Positions 14,001 to 25,888 of a DNA stretch of 64,000 nt are shown here, in pieces (positions within the stretch are counted from its first letter, which is position 1; the number at the start of each line of letters is the position of its first letter). The notes below the pieces were generated by a model. The model had not been told where the DNA came from. It was given only the letters and a program-made list of their open reading frames with translations, and searched no databases. The DNA lies in assembly GCA_021613535.1 (NCBI GenBank), contig CP075492.1, positions 16,492,001 to 16,556,000 of the forward strand, read 5' to 3'. The stretch comes from Adineta vaga. Lineage: Eukaryota; Animalia; Rotifera. Position numbers and translations under genes: made by a program.

Positions 14001-17000
14001 GATTAAACTTTTCCATGTCGCCAATGTGTGGTCGGACCACTGTCGAACGCCTAGTAACGGATGACAAGGAAAGCGATGCGCGCGGCGCTCTATTGCAGAT
14101 TCTTTAGACTCATACCAGCAAGGCGTGGTGTTGAAGGCATATAACGGAAATGTGTCGAATACATCCTCATGATTTATACTTGCTAGAATAGAACGAGATG
14201 CGAGATAATGTTTCCAGACATCTGACGCATGTGAAAGTTGCGCAATACTCGTCAACAGTGTCGTTTGCTCGTCTTCCTTTCTTTTCAGAGTTGGCAAAAT
14301 AATAGGATGAATGGTAGCTGCTTTGTCGTAACATTCGCGAATTGATGTGGCCAGAACAGGATGTGGTGAAAGTTCGAGAAAAGCGTCTACCATTTGATCT
14401 CCAATAATCGACTGGATAGCATCGCCAAATCGAACACATTGACGAACGTTCGACCACCAATGATGAGCGTCGAGAGGCGTGCTATCATCTATTCGGCGTC
14501 CGATGACACTTGAATAAATAGGAATGTGTACAAAACTAGCGTCGAACATCTGTTGTGTATCTTGAAGAGGTAATCCTTGAATGTCACTGAGCGTTGAAAG
14601 CATCTCTTCTCGGATACAAAACCGATCCATTTGATGCGAATGAAAAGCGTTCTCAATTCGGAGTCGAGCTTTGAACACATTTGGATGAAATGTAGTGAGG
14701 ATGGTTTCGAGTTCATCGATGGTTGTCTCATTCCCACTGAGTGTCACTGAGCGTGGACTATTGACAACAGCCACACAAACAAGATGTTCGATTCCTGGAA
14801 GTAGGAAGTCATGCACTTCTTGCTCACCCATGGCGACGGCTAACATACGACCACCCTGACGAGTGTTTCGATGTTGAAGACGCGAGCGATGATGAACGAT
14901 ACGTACTGCCTCCTGCAAGGATCAGACGGCCTGCGACAAAGGCTGCTGCCTGTTCGCCGGCACTGTGGGAAACGATGGCACTGGGAAAGACATGCCACGA
15001 GACCAAAAGAGCTGTCAGAGCGACCTGGATAGCGAACAGAGCCGGTTGTGCAATGTTAGTATCATTGATGCGCGATTCTTGCTCGGTCTTTTCCATCATT
15101 TCGTCTAACAGATTCAGCTGACCATCATTGATCTTACCGAGTTCTTCATTGATCAGTTGTATCCATCTACGAAAGACGGGTTCAGATGAATAGAGCTGCC
15201 GGCCCATAGCCCACCATTGAGGTCCTTGCCCACTGAAGACAAAACATACGCGAGGATTAGTGGTTAGAGAACGCTTGGTAATTAGAAGTCCCGGTGTTGA
15301 TTGTCGAAGAAGAAACGATTCTACTTGTTGTCGAAGTTGAGTAAGATTGACTGAGACAAAAGCGGATAAATGCTCGTAACTGATCGTGCGCTTGAGTAAA
15401 AATTGATGAGAGAGACGTGCAAGAAAGGACTGCTCATTGACGGAAGATGGAACTTGTTGCAGCCACGTATGGAATGCTGCCACTTGTTTGTGAAGTGACT
15501 CAGTGCTCTTGGCTAGAAAAAAGACGTCTTCAACCACAAGTGTCATATAGCCGACTTACCTGAAATAAGGAAAAGAAAACTTTGTTGAACTCGTTCTCCT
15601 AAGGCATATTCGTCTGTGGCGATCATTGTCCGCTTCGGGCAATATTCTTCGACAATAGCATGAGCGTTGTTACCACCGATACCAAACGAGCTGATACTAA
15701 TGGCTATTGGATAATCTTTTTCGTTGTCAGGATCAGATGGTGGAAATGGAATCCTAGTTTGGACCACGTGCAAGTTAAAACGCTGTGCTTCAATATTCGG
15801 ATTGAGTGTTGTGAAATGCATATTCGGTGGAATGGCCTTATGTTTCATGCACATCGCCACTTTAATGAGAGATGCAACACCAGAAGTTCCTTCTGTATGT
15901 CCAATGTTACTTCGGACCGACCCGATTAGTAGTGGAGGATCGAAAGGGGACCGTTGAAAGAAGCTACCGATCGCATTGGCTTCGATCGGATCGCCCACTT
16001 GTGTTCCTGTTCCATGTGCTTCTGCATAGAAGATGCGATTTCGATCATATTGTGTTCTGGAATAAATTTCTGTAAGAAGACGTTCTTGTCCAATACCTGA
16101 TGGTACAACATAGCCTTTTTTGGCGTCATATCCATCGTGATTGCTTAAAACATCGTGCAACACACAGTAGATTTGATCACTGTCTCGTTCGGCATCACTC
16201 AAGCGCTTGAGAAGAACAAGACCAAGACCTTCACCTGTAAAAATATTAAAAAATTATCTTTTCAGTCTTTTTATCTGCCCAAACCATGCAAACGCATGTT
16301 GTGCTCGTCTCTCCAATCTTTGAAACATACCTTTCGCGTAGCCATTAGCATCAGCACTAAATGACCGGCTTCGTCCATCAACGGACACCGCACCAAGAGC
16401 TGAGAAATTGAGCAGTTGTTCAGGTGTGAAAATGGTATTAATACCACCACAAACAGCCATATCTGCTTCACGTGCGCGCAATGCTTGTACGCCGAGATGT
16501 ATGGCCTGAAGAGATGACGCACAAGCAGTATCCAATGACACATTTGGGCCATGCAAATCGAAATGATAGGACAAGCGAGCCGATGCATTGTAGAGTAAGA
16601 TGTGAGGACAGTGATGCCGTGTTCGATGTTCAGGTTTGAGTCGAAGTGTTGCCATCGCGTGATCATTCGAGAATTGTCCTATATGCACTGAAGTTCGCGA
16701 TCCACGCATCTTTTCCAAAGTGTAGCCCGCATCTTCGATTAAATGGACAAATTTGAGCATAAGAAGACGATGACATGGATCGATAGATGCTGCTTCGCCG
16801 TCTGACAGATTGAAATAGTCTGCATCGAACGTATCTAGCAACGATGTTGACAGAAAATAACCACGACGAATTAGCATTCGTTGGAATTCGCCGTTATCCT
16901 GATTGAGCATATGGGCACAGTATGATATAAGATCGGTGCGTTCGAGAGGTATTTCAGTACCCAGATCGCGGCTTTCTTCTAGTGCATGCCAGAGATCGGT

Positions 17001-17078
17001 CGGTGTATGAATATCACCAGCGAATTCACACGTCATGCCGACCACTGCAATAGGTTCTAATAGTGCACTCTTTGTCAT
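8092..17078 (-). CDS. Reducing type I polyketide synthase KS-AT-DH-MT(degenerate)-ER-KR-ACP-TE remnant; exons 17078-16331, 16234-15560, 15512-12101, 11887-9767, 9659-8092; one +1 frameshift at ~14921
   Basis: KS DTACASS / EAHGTGT / SNIGHTE; AT FSGQGPQW, SHSAG, NAFHS; DH HPLLG...HKIQDAIVLP; MT-like ILNVGCGS...YDIVFAANAVH; ER LNFRDV, LIHAATGATG; KR VSGGFGGLG, YNAGN; ACP GMDSL. Introns restore GYAKGEG, LISAKS, DEAYDIV. Exon sum minus one base = 8523 nt = 2841 codons. Confidence 0.93.
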
Positions 17079-17911
17079 AATACTTTCTCAAGTAACAAAA
17101 CTGCCGAATTGTATCTTCTTTGATGAGACTATCTAGATGCATAAAAAAAACTGATGTGAAAAAAAGTATTTTTATAGACCACTAATAAAAAAGAGATCTT
17201 TATCAACAGTTTTCAAGTTGCAGTGCTTCTGTAGTATGGTTTATTCAACTGAAAATGTGTCAAAAGAAAATATTCGTAGAATAATCAATCGCTGAGGGAA
17301 AGCGGGAATTAATGTCGGTTCGACTAGCGGAAGCACTGAAATGTTTCACAGTATATTCGAATGTTCTGCAATGGCTTAATTGACCTAAGTATTCAAACAA
17401 AACAGTCGCTGATTAAGCAAAAATTGGAAAACGGATGCATTTCAAAACGAGTTTGGGTGTAGATCTGCATCCGCATCCACGACCTTTCGTCTAGTAATTT
17501 TTTTTCTCATTACACATAAAGATTCGTCGATATCGCGTATACTGTCTTGTCGGAGAGGCAGTGACAGTAAGAATGTGAAAAGAAGGGAAGAAAACCATGA
17601 GAATGATAAAAATTAATCAAGAAATGAAACGAAGCATATCATGAAAAAGAAGAAGTGAGTAAAAGAGACAAAAAAATGACGATGTATACCAGATACGAAT
17701 GAGGTATTGCACAGGTAGACGCCAGTGAGTAAAAAAAAATGAGAGGCACACATACATAGTATTGGATGATGTATCGGAAATTTTCGTGTACCGAAAAGTC
17801 AAAGTAAACAATATACAAAACAGGACATTGACAGATGACTAAGAGCTAATATTTAGAATAATCACTAGAGATGCAATGGTAACACTTACTGGTCTTCACA
17901 GATAAGACCTT

Positions 17912-17932
17912 TATATATATATATATATATAT
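17912..17932. repeat. (TA)n microsatellite
   Basis: About ten TA units. Confidence 0.85.
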
Positions 17933-18131
17933 TTCTCTTGTTTTCATGTTTTTTTTTAAATTGAGAGATGTTTTCAAGGTAAATACATTTGCAAAGCTAG
18001 TTCAATCATATATCAATTTGTTTATAAGACATTTACAAAAGCAACGAAGAAAATAATTTATTCAAATTAATTCAGAGAAAAAAACTTTGTCAATAAACAA
18101 AAAGTTCTAAGTTTTTCTCATCTTTATAAAT

Positions 18132-18960
18132 TTATGATGCTCGATTAAAATGTCCTTGAATTCGATCTCGACATTGTTTCCATGATTTTCGATATTCTTT
18201 TCGATAGAATTCTGATGGAATAACAAAAATAAGAAAAGTAATCATTGGCGAAATAAAGGGAATGAAATATCCACAAAGAAATAACCATGAATCACGTGTT
18301 GAATTCATACATTTTGATAAATACGAAAGAATTAAACGTGGTAACGCAAGAAGACATAAAACCATGGGTCCAATTAATAAACGTTGATGTTCTCGAAATT
18401 ATTTACGTAACGTATTTATATACGATTGCTTTTCATGAAGATTAGATTGTTGATGAAATAAAATTAATTAGGAATGGAGCAAAAAAATGAAATGTATTCA
18501 TAATTCGATTATAAATTTGTAAATTTGATGCATCAGTTACAAACACACCAAATTCTCTTGGTATTATCATTTTCATTTTCTTCTTCAGATAAACGTCGAT
18601 AGATTGGATCATGAATTGATGTTAAAACAATCAGAGTTAAGATTAAAACGATAGCTTTCTTTGCCAATTCTTTACTTTTATTTCTATTAAATCCAGCACT
18701 TTGAATAACTGTAATTGCTCTTTCTAAAGCCACACATGAATTTAACCATTGATCCATATGAAGACAAATTTAAAGAAGAAAACCAAGTGAAGAACATTGA
18801 TTTTTCAGAAATAATTGATTCGATAAATTTGACATTTGTGTTGAAAGATAAATAAAATATTTTAATCCAAAGAAAATCATTGTTAATAATGTTGTTAATG
18901 ATGAAGCAAATAAATAAATTCCACAACCAATTTTTGTTACGAATAAACAAGACTGCGTGA
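18132..18960 (-). pseudogene. Fragmented 7TM domain, paralogue of the C-terminus of the 25889-30379 receptor
   Basis: GCGIYL, DQWLNSCVALERAITV, IHDPIYRRL...KRIWC and LALPRLI...FVIPSEFY align with GCGFYL, DWLDGCISIERVVTV, LHDAFYRQL...KRIWC and LGLPRLI...YVLPSKTY. Stops and frameshifts are present, and no ectodomain. Confidence 0.85.
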
Positions 18961-19184
18961 TGAAAGAGTTTTTTCTCAATCACGATCATAAAAAATATTT
19001 CTAATCTTCTATGAGTACGTGTGATCATGATTTCAGTGATCGATTTTGAAATGTAAAGGGTGTGGTTATTCCTATTTTATATACTTAATGCTCAATTAAT
19101 TTCCCTTTTAGAACAAACGTGTTTATACTCAATTGAATGAAATACTACATGATTTGTCAGAAGATGTTAGAATATATTTAAAAC

Positions 19185-20277
19185 ATGAAAGAATCATATC
19201 TTCATATGAAACTCTCTTTTGATCTAGCAGGTTTGTGTTGTTTTATCACTGCTTTATGTAGTCTAACTTATCCAGATGATTGCTATTATCGATTAGTTAA
19301 CAGAGCATTACGTCAACGTAATATTGAATTTATCTTTCTCTTTGGTTTCCATATCAAAGATCTCTATCAACAGTTAGAACATGCAAATAAAGACCTTCAA
19401 ACAAAAACATTATTTACAGTCTATCGTGGCCAATTGCTTCCGCGTGATAAAATTAAAAAACTAAAAAAATGGGAATTTATCAACACTGGTTTTCTTTCTA
19501 CAACGCGTCAACGTTCTCTAGCAATTGCTTTTCTCAATCAATTAGCAAAATTAGAAGATGAATATTAAAGTGTATTATTTGAAATTGAAGTTAACTGTCA
19601 AGAAGAATGTGAGATATTATTTTCAAATGGTTCAAAATTTAAAATAACTGAAATAATATACAGTCGAATTGAAAATTTTGGATTGTTAAATTAAAACTCA
19701 CATCAGATAATTCTTTGGATTATGGTGATACATATAAAGATATGTTACCAATAACAGATACAACTATTTTGAAAAAATGTGTACGACTACTTCCGTGTCG
19801 ATTACATGGAATGTCTTTAGATGATATACACGATCTGTTTGAGCAACTTCGAAATTTATATCCAACAGAAAAATGGTTAATGGCATTTAAGTTTTGGTCT
19901 ATAGGAAAATATTACGATCGCCACTGTCGTACAGATAGAAATTATAGTGTCATTATTAAATACTATAGACTTGCAATTGATATCTTAACAGAAATGAATG
20001 ATGATGGATATCTGACTGACCTCGGTAAATTGTATGAAGATACTGGTAATTGTTATTATTATCAGATAGAAGATACAACTGTAGCGCAAAAAATTATCAT
20101 ATAGAGGCTAATTATTTGGAAAATGCACTTAAAAAAGGTTTAATATCAGGAATACAGGCGCTAATAGTAAAAAGTAACATAACCTCATTGAGATATGATG
20201 TACCAAGTGTGTTAGTGAAAAATGATGATTCAGAAGAACAAAAAATAGTTCCGCACTCAATGCACGGAGCCTTGTGA
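19185..20277 (+). pseudogene. Degenerate ADP-ribosyltransferase (R-S-E type) plus helical-repeat gene
   Basis: YRLVNRALR, VYRGQ and FLSTT, then a stop before VLFEIEV, then EILF in another frame; TPR-like remnants downstream. Resembles the 51455-53614 gene. Confidence 0.75.
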
Positions 20278-20364
20278 GAAGGATTTTCTATCGAACCTAA
20301 AATAGTTTCCTTGGATTTTGGGATATTTTTTTGCTGTTTTTAAAATTCTTTATTATACTTGAAG

Positions 20365-20903
20365 TCATGTATTTTGAGTAGCTTGTTGATACGTGGGCGG
20401 TACATGATTATTTGAATTATTAAATATGTGGCAATCGAGTACTTCTAATGACGGTTGCCATGAATTCTGAAAAGCAATTGGAGATATAAAACTAAATTCT
20501 CTTGCAGCTCGCTGTTGTCGTCGACGATGACGATAGTAATAAGCAAACAATAGACCCCCAATAATAGTAAAAAAAGTAATAATTCCAATAACAATCAATA
20601 TTATTATCGTACTAGTATTCAATGGTTCACTTGGCACATCTATGCAAGATCCAGATGTGTTTCCACATCTTTTACTCCCTAAACATCTTATAAATAATTC
20701 ATAAATTATTATTTTGTCAATTATTTACCAGAACATGTCCATGTATTCGAACCCAAAGTACATTTCCAATCTATTTAAAAAAAATAAGGATCAATTGAAA
20801 TAACTATTCAATTATTTTATATCTTACAGTATATTTTAATGCCTCCTACACTTTCAAATGAATAAAATATAACTAAGAAATAGATAAATCGGCCAACTAA
20901 CAT
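20365..20903 (-). CDS. Small type I membrane protein (signal peptide, Cys-containing ectodomain, TM, PPxY tail; Shisa/WBP1/VOPP1-like layout); splice phase into the last exon is uncertain
   Basis: ATG 20903 MLVGRFIYFLVIFYSFESVGG; 42-nt exon YWKCTLGSNTWTCS; last exon RCGNTSGSC, TM IIILIVIGIITFFTIIGGLLFAYYY, RHRRR, PPTY. Confidence 0.55.
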
Positions 20904-21559
20904 GATACTTTTTTGAGCAAAAAAGAAATAATGTTTGAATTTTGCCTTTATATTTATCAGCAATACAAAATTTATCTATCATGTAAATATTAATAAAAAA
21001 TATTGAATTATATTCACATATGGTCAGTTATCTATGACAAGTTTATTATCATAAACACATATCATCTATCTTTCACTTATATTATTCTATCATATGTTAT
21101 ATAGGTGATGATGTTCAAATTCTGTCTGTATACATCTGAATATTTATTTACTTAAATTCAACAACTGAAAACTTTCGATGTATACTATGTAAATGAATGA
21201 TACTTATATTTGAATGTCATTCTCTAAATAAAAGTTCAAAGGTATCGATCATCAGAGAATTTCTATTAATTCCACCATAGATAATAGTATTCATCAGACA
21301 CTTGCAAAGGATAATTATTTAAAAGTCAATCTAATTCAATATGATTTCTCCAACGATTGACCCAATGAGAAGACAGCCACATCGAAGAGGTATTGAAAAT
21401 AGATGAAGAGCAGCTCCATTGATTTCTGGTAAAAGATATTGAACTCGAGGACAAAAATGAATTAATACTTCTATCATTTTTTTTGTGTGTAAATATCCTC
21501 GATAATGATCGTTTTAACTTGATTTTGTTTTGACACTTATTGAAAATCTATACTTTCTC

Positions 21560-21613
21560 GAGGTTGGGTGCGGATGAAGAGAAGAGTATTACTCACACTC
21601 ACATCCACACCCT
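21560..21613. repeat. Telomeric-hexamer palindrome copy
   Basis: GAGGTTGGGTGCGGATG...CTCACACTCACATCCACACCCT. Confidence 0.7.
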
Positions 21614-21952
21614 ATGAAGTAAACGAATTCGTTTTTCTTTTTAAATTAAGATTATTATAAATAAATATTAGAAGATATTTTTCTATTCAAATAATTTTAA
21701 TCCAATCGTATAAACCTATTAAAACAAATTCTACAAATTTAACTTGTTTTATTTTAAATTTTTTTTCTTTATTTGAAAAAAAAATTGTTTATTTCTGATG
21801 ATTAATTATATAAAATATGATAAATTGGAAAATAATTAATGAACGAAGACTAAAATAATAATGAGATATTAGTATGAAAAAAAAGGAGAGAATAGTGATC
21901 AGTATATTGGATATTTTGAGTAAAATAATTATTGATATCAATATTTTCCCGA

Positions 21953-22393
21953 TTATGTTTGTGTATTTCCCGTACTGCAAAGATCAGTTGAAGAACGAGC
22001 AAAACCAACAACAGCAGAAGCAAGAACAACACCCTTCTTACAAGAGGAAGCACTATCAAAGCCAACATAAGTACCAAATGAAGAAATATGTCTACAATGA
22101 AGAGTACGATCACTTTTAGGACTTCGACATGGAACACATTCGTCAGTACAACAAGCAGATTTACCACAAACTGGTGCTAAAATTAAAATTTATCCAATGT
22201 TAAAACTGTGAAATTATTGTAGATATAGTTTAAACATCTTACTTTGTTCTTGACGTTCATCGAATGAAAATTCGATTGGCTCATTTTCATTTCCACGTAA
22301 TTCCATGAAAGGTTGATAACGTGCTTCTGAATGTTGTACAGCAACAACAACAAGAATAGTGGCGATGAATATGACGATGGATTTCGATTGCAT
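21953..22393 (-). CDS. Secreted cysteine-rich peptide precursor, 124 aa (exons 22393-22243, 22176-21953)
   Basis: Signal MQSKSIVIFIATILVVVAVQHSEA, acidic pro-region ending FDER, GT-AG intron, then TPVCGKSACCTDECVPCRSPKSDRTLHC...SSCKK...DLCSTGNTQT* (8 Cys). Absent from the ORF track. Confidence 0.8.
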
Positions 22394-23508
22394 TTTGGTT
22401 GCTCTTGGAAAATGAGAAAAACAAATGTATAAAATAACGAAAAACGAATAGCGTTTTATACGATGAATATTAGAAAATGTTTAACTAAGCGGAACACGAT
22501 GCTGTTTTGAAGGAAAGAAAGATTTTCTACAGTTAACTGACGTATTTTCTCTTAATAAATCAACCGTATCATTGCTCTGTTCTGAATAAAATATGTTTTT
22601 GTCATAAATTTGCTCTCAATCAAAACTTCTCCACGCTTTTTGATTTAGCAAATACGACTGAAATTCTTTTTTTTTCTTTTCTAACGTTAGTATAGGCAAA
22701 AACATTCGATATGAACTAATCATAACTAAAGATATACACATGTAATTTTACTTATTACGATTCTAAGATATGAAAAGTAATCAATAAGTATTTCTCATTA
22801 AAAATAAATACAAAAATTTTCTTTATGAAATATCTAATAAATAATTTGTAGATAACAACAAAAATCAAAATTTAGAATTTACAAGTAATTATATGAGAAA
22901 GAAAGAATCATCAAATGAAATTATAACATCACATATTCATTGTATTATCAATCATAATTTAGTATTCAAAAAAAAATATTTTGAAAGTATGACTATAAAT
23001 AATAATAGTAATACATGATATTTTGATAGCAATAATGTAATATAAAGAGAATCGAACAAGTAAAGTTTTTGGTGAATATAAATACAGGACATCGCCGGAT
23101 AAGGTCATAAATCTCCCACCTTTCATTTTTGCTTCTTACTGGTCTAGAGCAATAGAGCATGATATTCTACACGTTTTTGTATGTTTTGTTTTTCATTTAG
23201 GTTAAGGAGAGAAAAATTTTTTATGCAAACTAGCTTCAGGGTTTGGGTTTAACTGCATTTTAATGATATGGTGTCATTAAACTGCAGTTGAACCGAAAAC
23301 TAATAAACGTTTTTGTTGAATGTGCATATGATTGATTTTATTCTAACAACAAGCAATTATTGAATTAATAAAAAGAAAGTTATCTGTAGCATATTTCTGA
23401 CATATTTATGCTCTTTTTTTATTATTTCAAACTATATTTGTGTTAGACTGGACTACCATAATGAAATGCTCAGATAAGACCTTGACTTTAAGTATATTTA
23501 TGTATAAC

Positions 23509-23550
23509 GAGAGTGTGGGTGACAGAAGATAGGAGTACCCCCACCCACCC
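23509..23550. repeat. Telomeric-hexamer palindrome copy
   Basis: GAGAGTGTGGGTG...CCCCCACCCACCC. Confidence 0.65.
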
Positions 23551-23806
23551 GTCATAAAAACAATCAATGTATTGAAGCACTTGAATATTACAAAGAATCT
23601 ATAAATATTTATGAAAATAATGGTTATTCTCACAATCAATTCAGCACTAGACGTTCTACAGAGCAATTTCAAATATATTTAAATTGTTTCTTAACTACTT
23701 ATTGTGCGTTCATTCGTTCAAAAAATGTAAAACTTTATTTTTTCTTTACAAAATTGTTTACAAAGATTACAAATCCTACAAGGAAGAAAATTGAGTTGGC
23801 TAGTCA

Positions 23807-23854
23807 CTTGAGGGTGGATGTGGATGAAGAAGTGATACCTTGACCCACACCCTC
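23807..23854. repeat. Telomeric-hexamer palindrome copy (30 bp past ART-LRR stop)
   Basis: CTTGAGGGTGGATGTGGATG...ACCCACACCCTC. Confidence 0.8.
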
Positions 23855-23883
23855 CGACAGATATTATTATATTCCATCAAAAT

Positions 23884-25343
23884 TTATAGATAAATAATGA
23901 ATTCACTTCTTTGAGATGCTATACGAATACGTTCTTGACCTGACGATGACAGACCACAGTGACACAAATGTAATTGATGAAAATGACGATTTGAAGATAT
24001 AGCAGTGCAAATAACATCTACACTTGCATCAGTTATTCGTCTATTACCAGATAAACCTATCATTGTAATACCAGAATTAGGCGATCCAATAGTCTCAAGT
24101 AATATTCGAACTCCACGGTCGGTTATTTCATTATTGTTTAAAAACAAATAAATGATACAATGATTCGTTCGAATCATTTCGGCGAGATATTCACAACTAA
24201 CATCTGACATTCCAACAGAATTTAGATAAAGAGTTCGAAAATAGGTATTTTCATCTGATAAACCTCGAGCAATAAATCGAACGCCTGTATCCAATATACG
24301 ATTACCATCAAGAGTTAATGATTTGAAATATTGATTACCAAGAAATGCTTGAGATAAGATAAATGCACCAACAGATGTTATTGTATTATCACGAAGAGTA
24401 AGTATCATACATTGCTTTTCAATAATACCTAGTCTTACAACTATTTCCATATCTTGATCATTCAAATTCATTGAATCTAAAGATAATTTACCACGTATGT
24501 CTGATGATCGAATCATTTCTTCAAGTCTTGGATTATGATATTCATCGACTTGTGGATTCACATTTACTATCAAATCACTAAATGTATCAATCTCACGTAA
24601 ATGAATTATATATATTTCACCCATATATTTTCTTGTTCCCATTACTTTAAGCTTTATGCCAGGTAAAAGAATAATTTCATCATCATTTTGAAGATGTGAA
24701 TGTTCTCGAATAGATTTACCATATTTAGTTTGAATTTCAAATATTGTTTGAACTTTTTCTCTTCCTAAATACATTGGAGATTGAAGAACATCAAATGAAG
24801 ATGTGACTGAAGTTAATGACCAACATGCCATTTCATCTCCTTCTCGATAATTTTCACGTATATCTTTCGGAACACCACGCCAAACTGTATGACATCCGCT
24901 ATATCTACAATTAATGAGATCACTTCATATTTAAAACAATTGAATTGTACTTACGGTAGTTTGAAAAATGCTGTAAATAATAGTTTGAGATATTTTGACC
25001 AAGGTTGAAGTTGATTTCTATCCATAGCATAAAGTACTTGATTAAGTAGAACATGAAGACTATTTTCTGGTTGATTCCATTCCATTGTATATAAATAGAT
25101 CGATGCAGATTCATCTTGTGTAAGTTCATGTTTGGATTGTTTGGAATTCAATTTAGCGACAGTGATGTAGAGTTGAAGTTCTGTACCAAGTAGATTTTGA
25201 AGTGGTTGACAAGCTTGTTCAAGAGAAACAAGTTCTTCTTGTTGATAATCATTGATTGGTTCGATATTTTCTTGTGATTGATGAGAAATGTCGGCCAAAA
25301 AACGAGGATTTGTTTCAAATGAGAACGACATATTTCTACACAC
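23884..25343 (-). CDS. NAD:arginine ADP-ribosyltransferase-domain protein with C-terminal RNI-like leucine-rich repeats (exons 25343-24955, 24904-23884)
   Basis: A 50-bp intron joins FKLP|YSGCHTVWRGV. ART motifs WRG, WSLTSVTS and DDEIILLPG; LRRs LTLRDNTIT, LTLDGNRIL, LFLNNNEITD. Confidence 0.85.
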
Positions 25344-25888
25344 TTTTTTTCCAACTTTATTCGAGTTTGAGTATTACTAATGTTTTGTCGCATGTTGTAT
25401 ATAGACAACGCAAATATACAGGTAAAAAACAAGAAGAAAAAGATGACATCTATCGACTATTGTAATTGGATGAAAATGAAATAAGATATATGAAAAAAAA
25501 TTAAAAAAAAAATGAATATTGATTATCAATGAGTGGTGTCACATATTCTGCAGATCGGGGATGCACACACCCTCAAGATTGACGATTATTTCATAGTAAT
25601 TATGTCGATAGAAGTGATTTTATTATTGAATAAGTATATGATTTTCTGGAAACTAACTCTGAGTTTTATCAGTAAAATAAAATAAAGAGTCAGATTTATT
25701 TACGTCATGATCTCGTTTAATATGATATTCTTCTATATCAGTGCTAACATTCGAAATAATACATTAGCATATGGTAAAAACTATATCTATCAATACAGCG
25801 CACTTCCTTTGCTGTTATTATTTATGGAAAAAATTCTTTTTTTTTATAAGAGAAGATTTATTTCTCATTTAAACTGATTCAGTGGAAG

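Noticed and set aside
9334-16364. Numerous plus-strand ORFs inside the PKS
   Set aside because: Antisense shadows expected in GC-richer coding DNA; no motifs.
8092-17078. PKS as several separate genes (bacterial-style cluster)
   Set aside because: The fragments join through canonical introns with correct phase into one gene; only one true frameshift.
21850-22167. ORF-track calls 21850-22167(-) and 21874-22119(+)
   Set aside because: Alternative-frame and antisense shadows of the spliced Cys-rich peptide gene.
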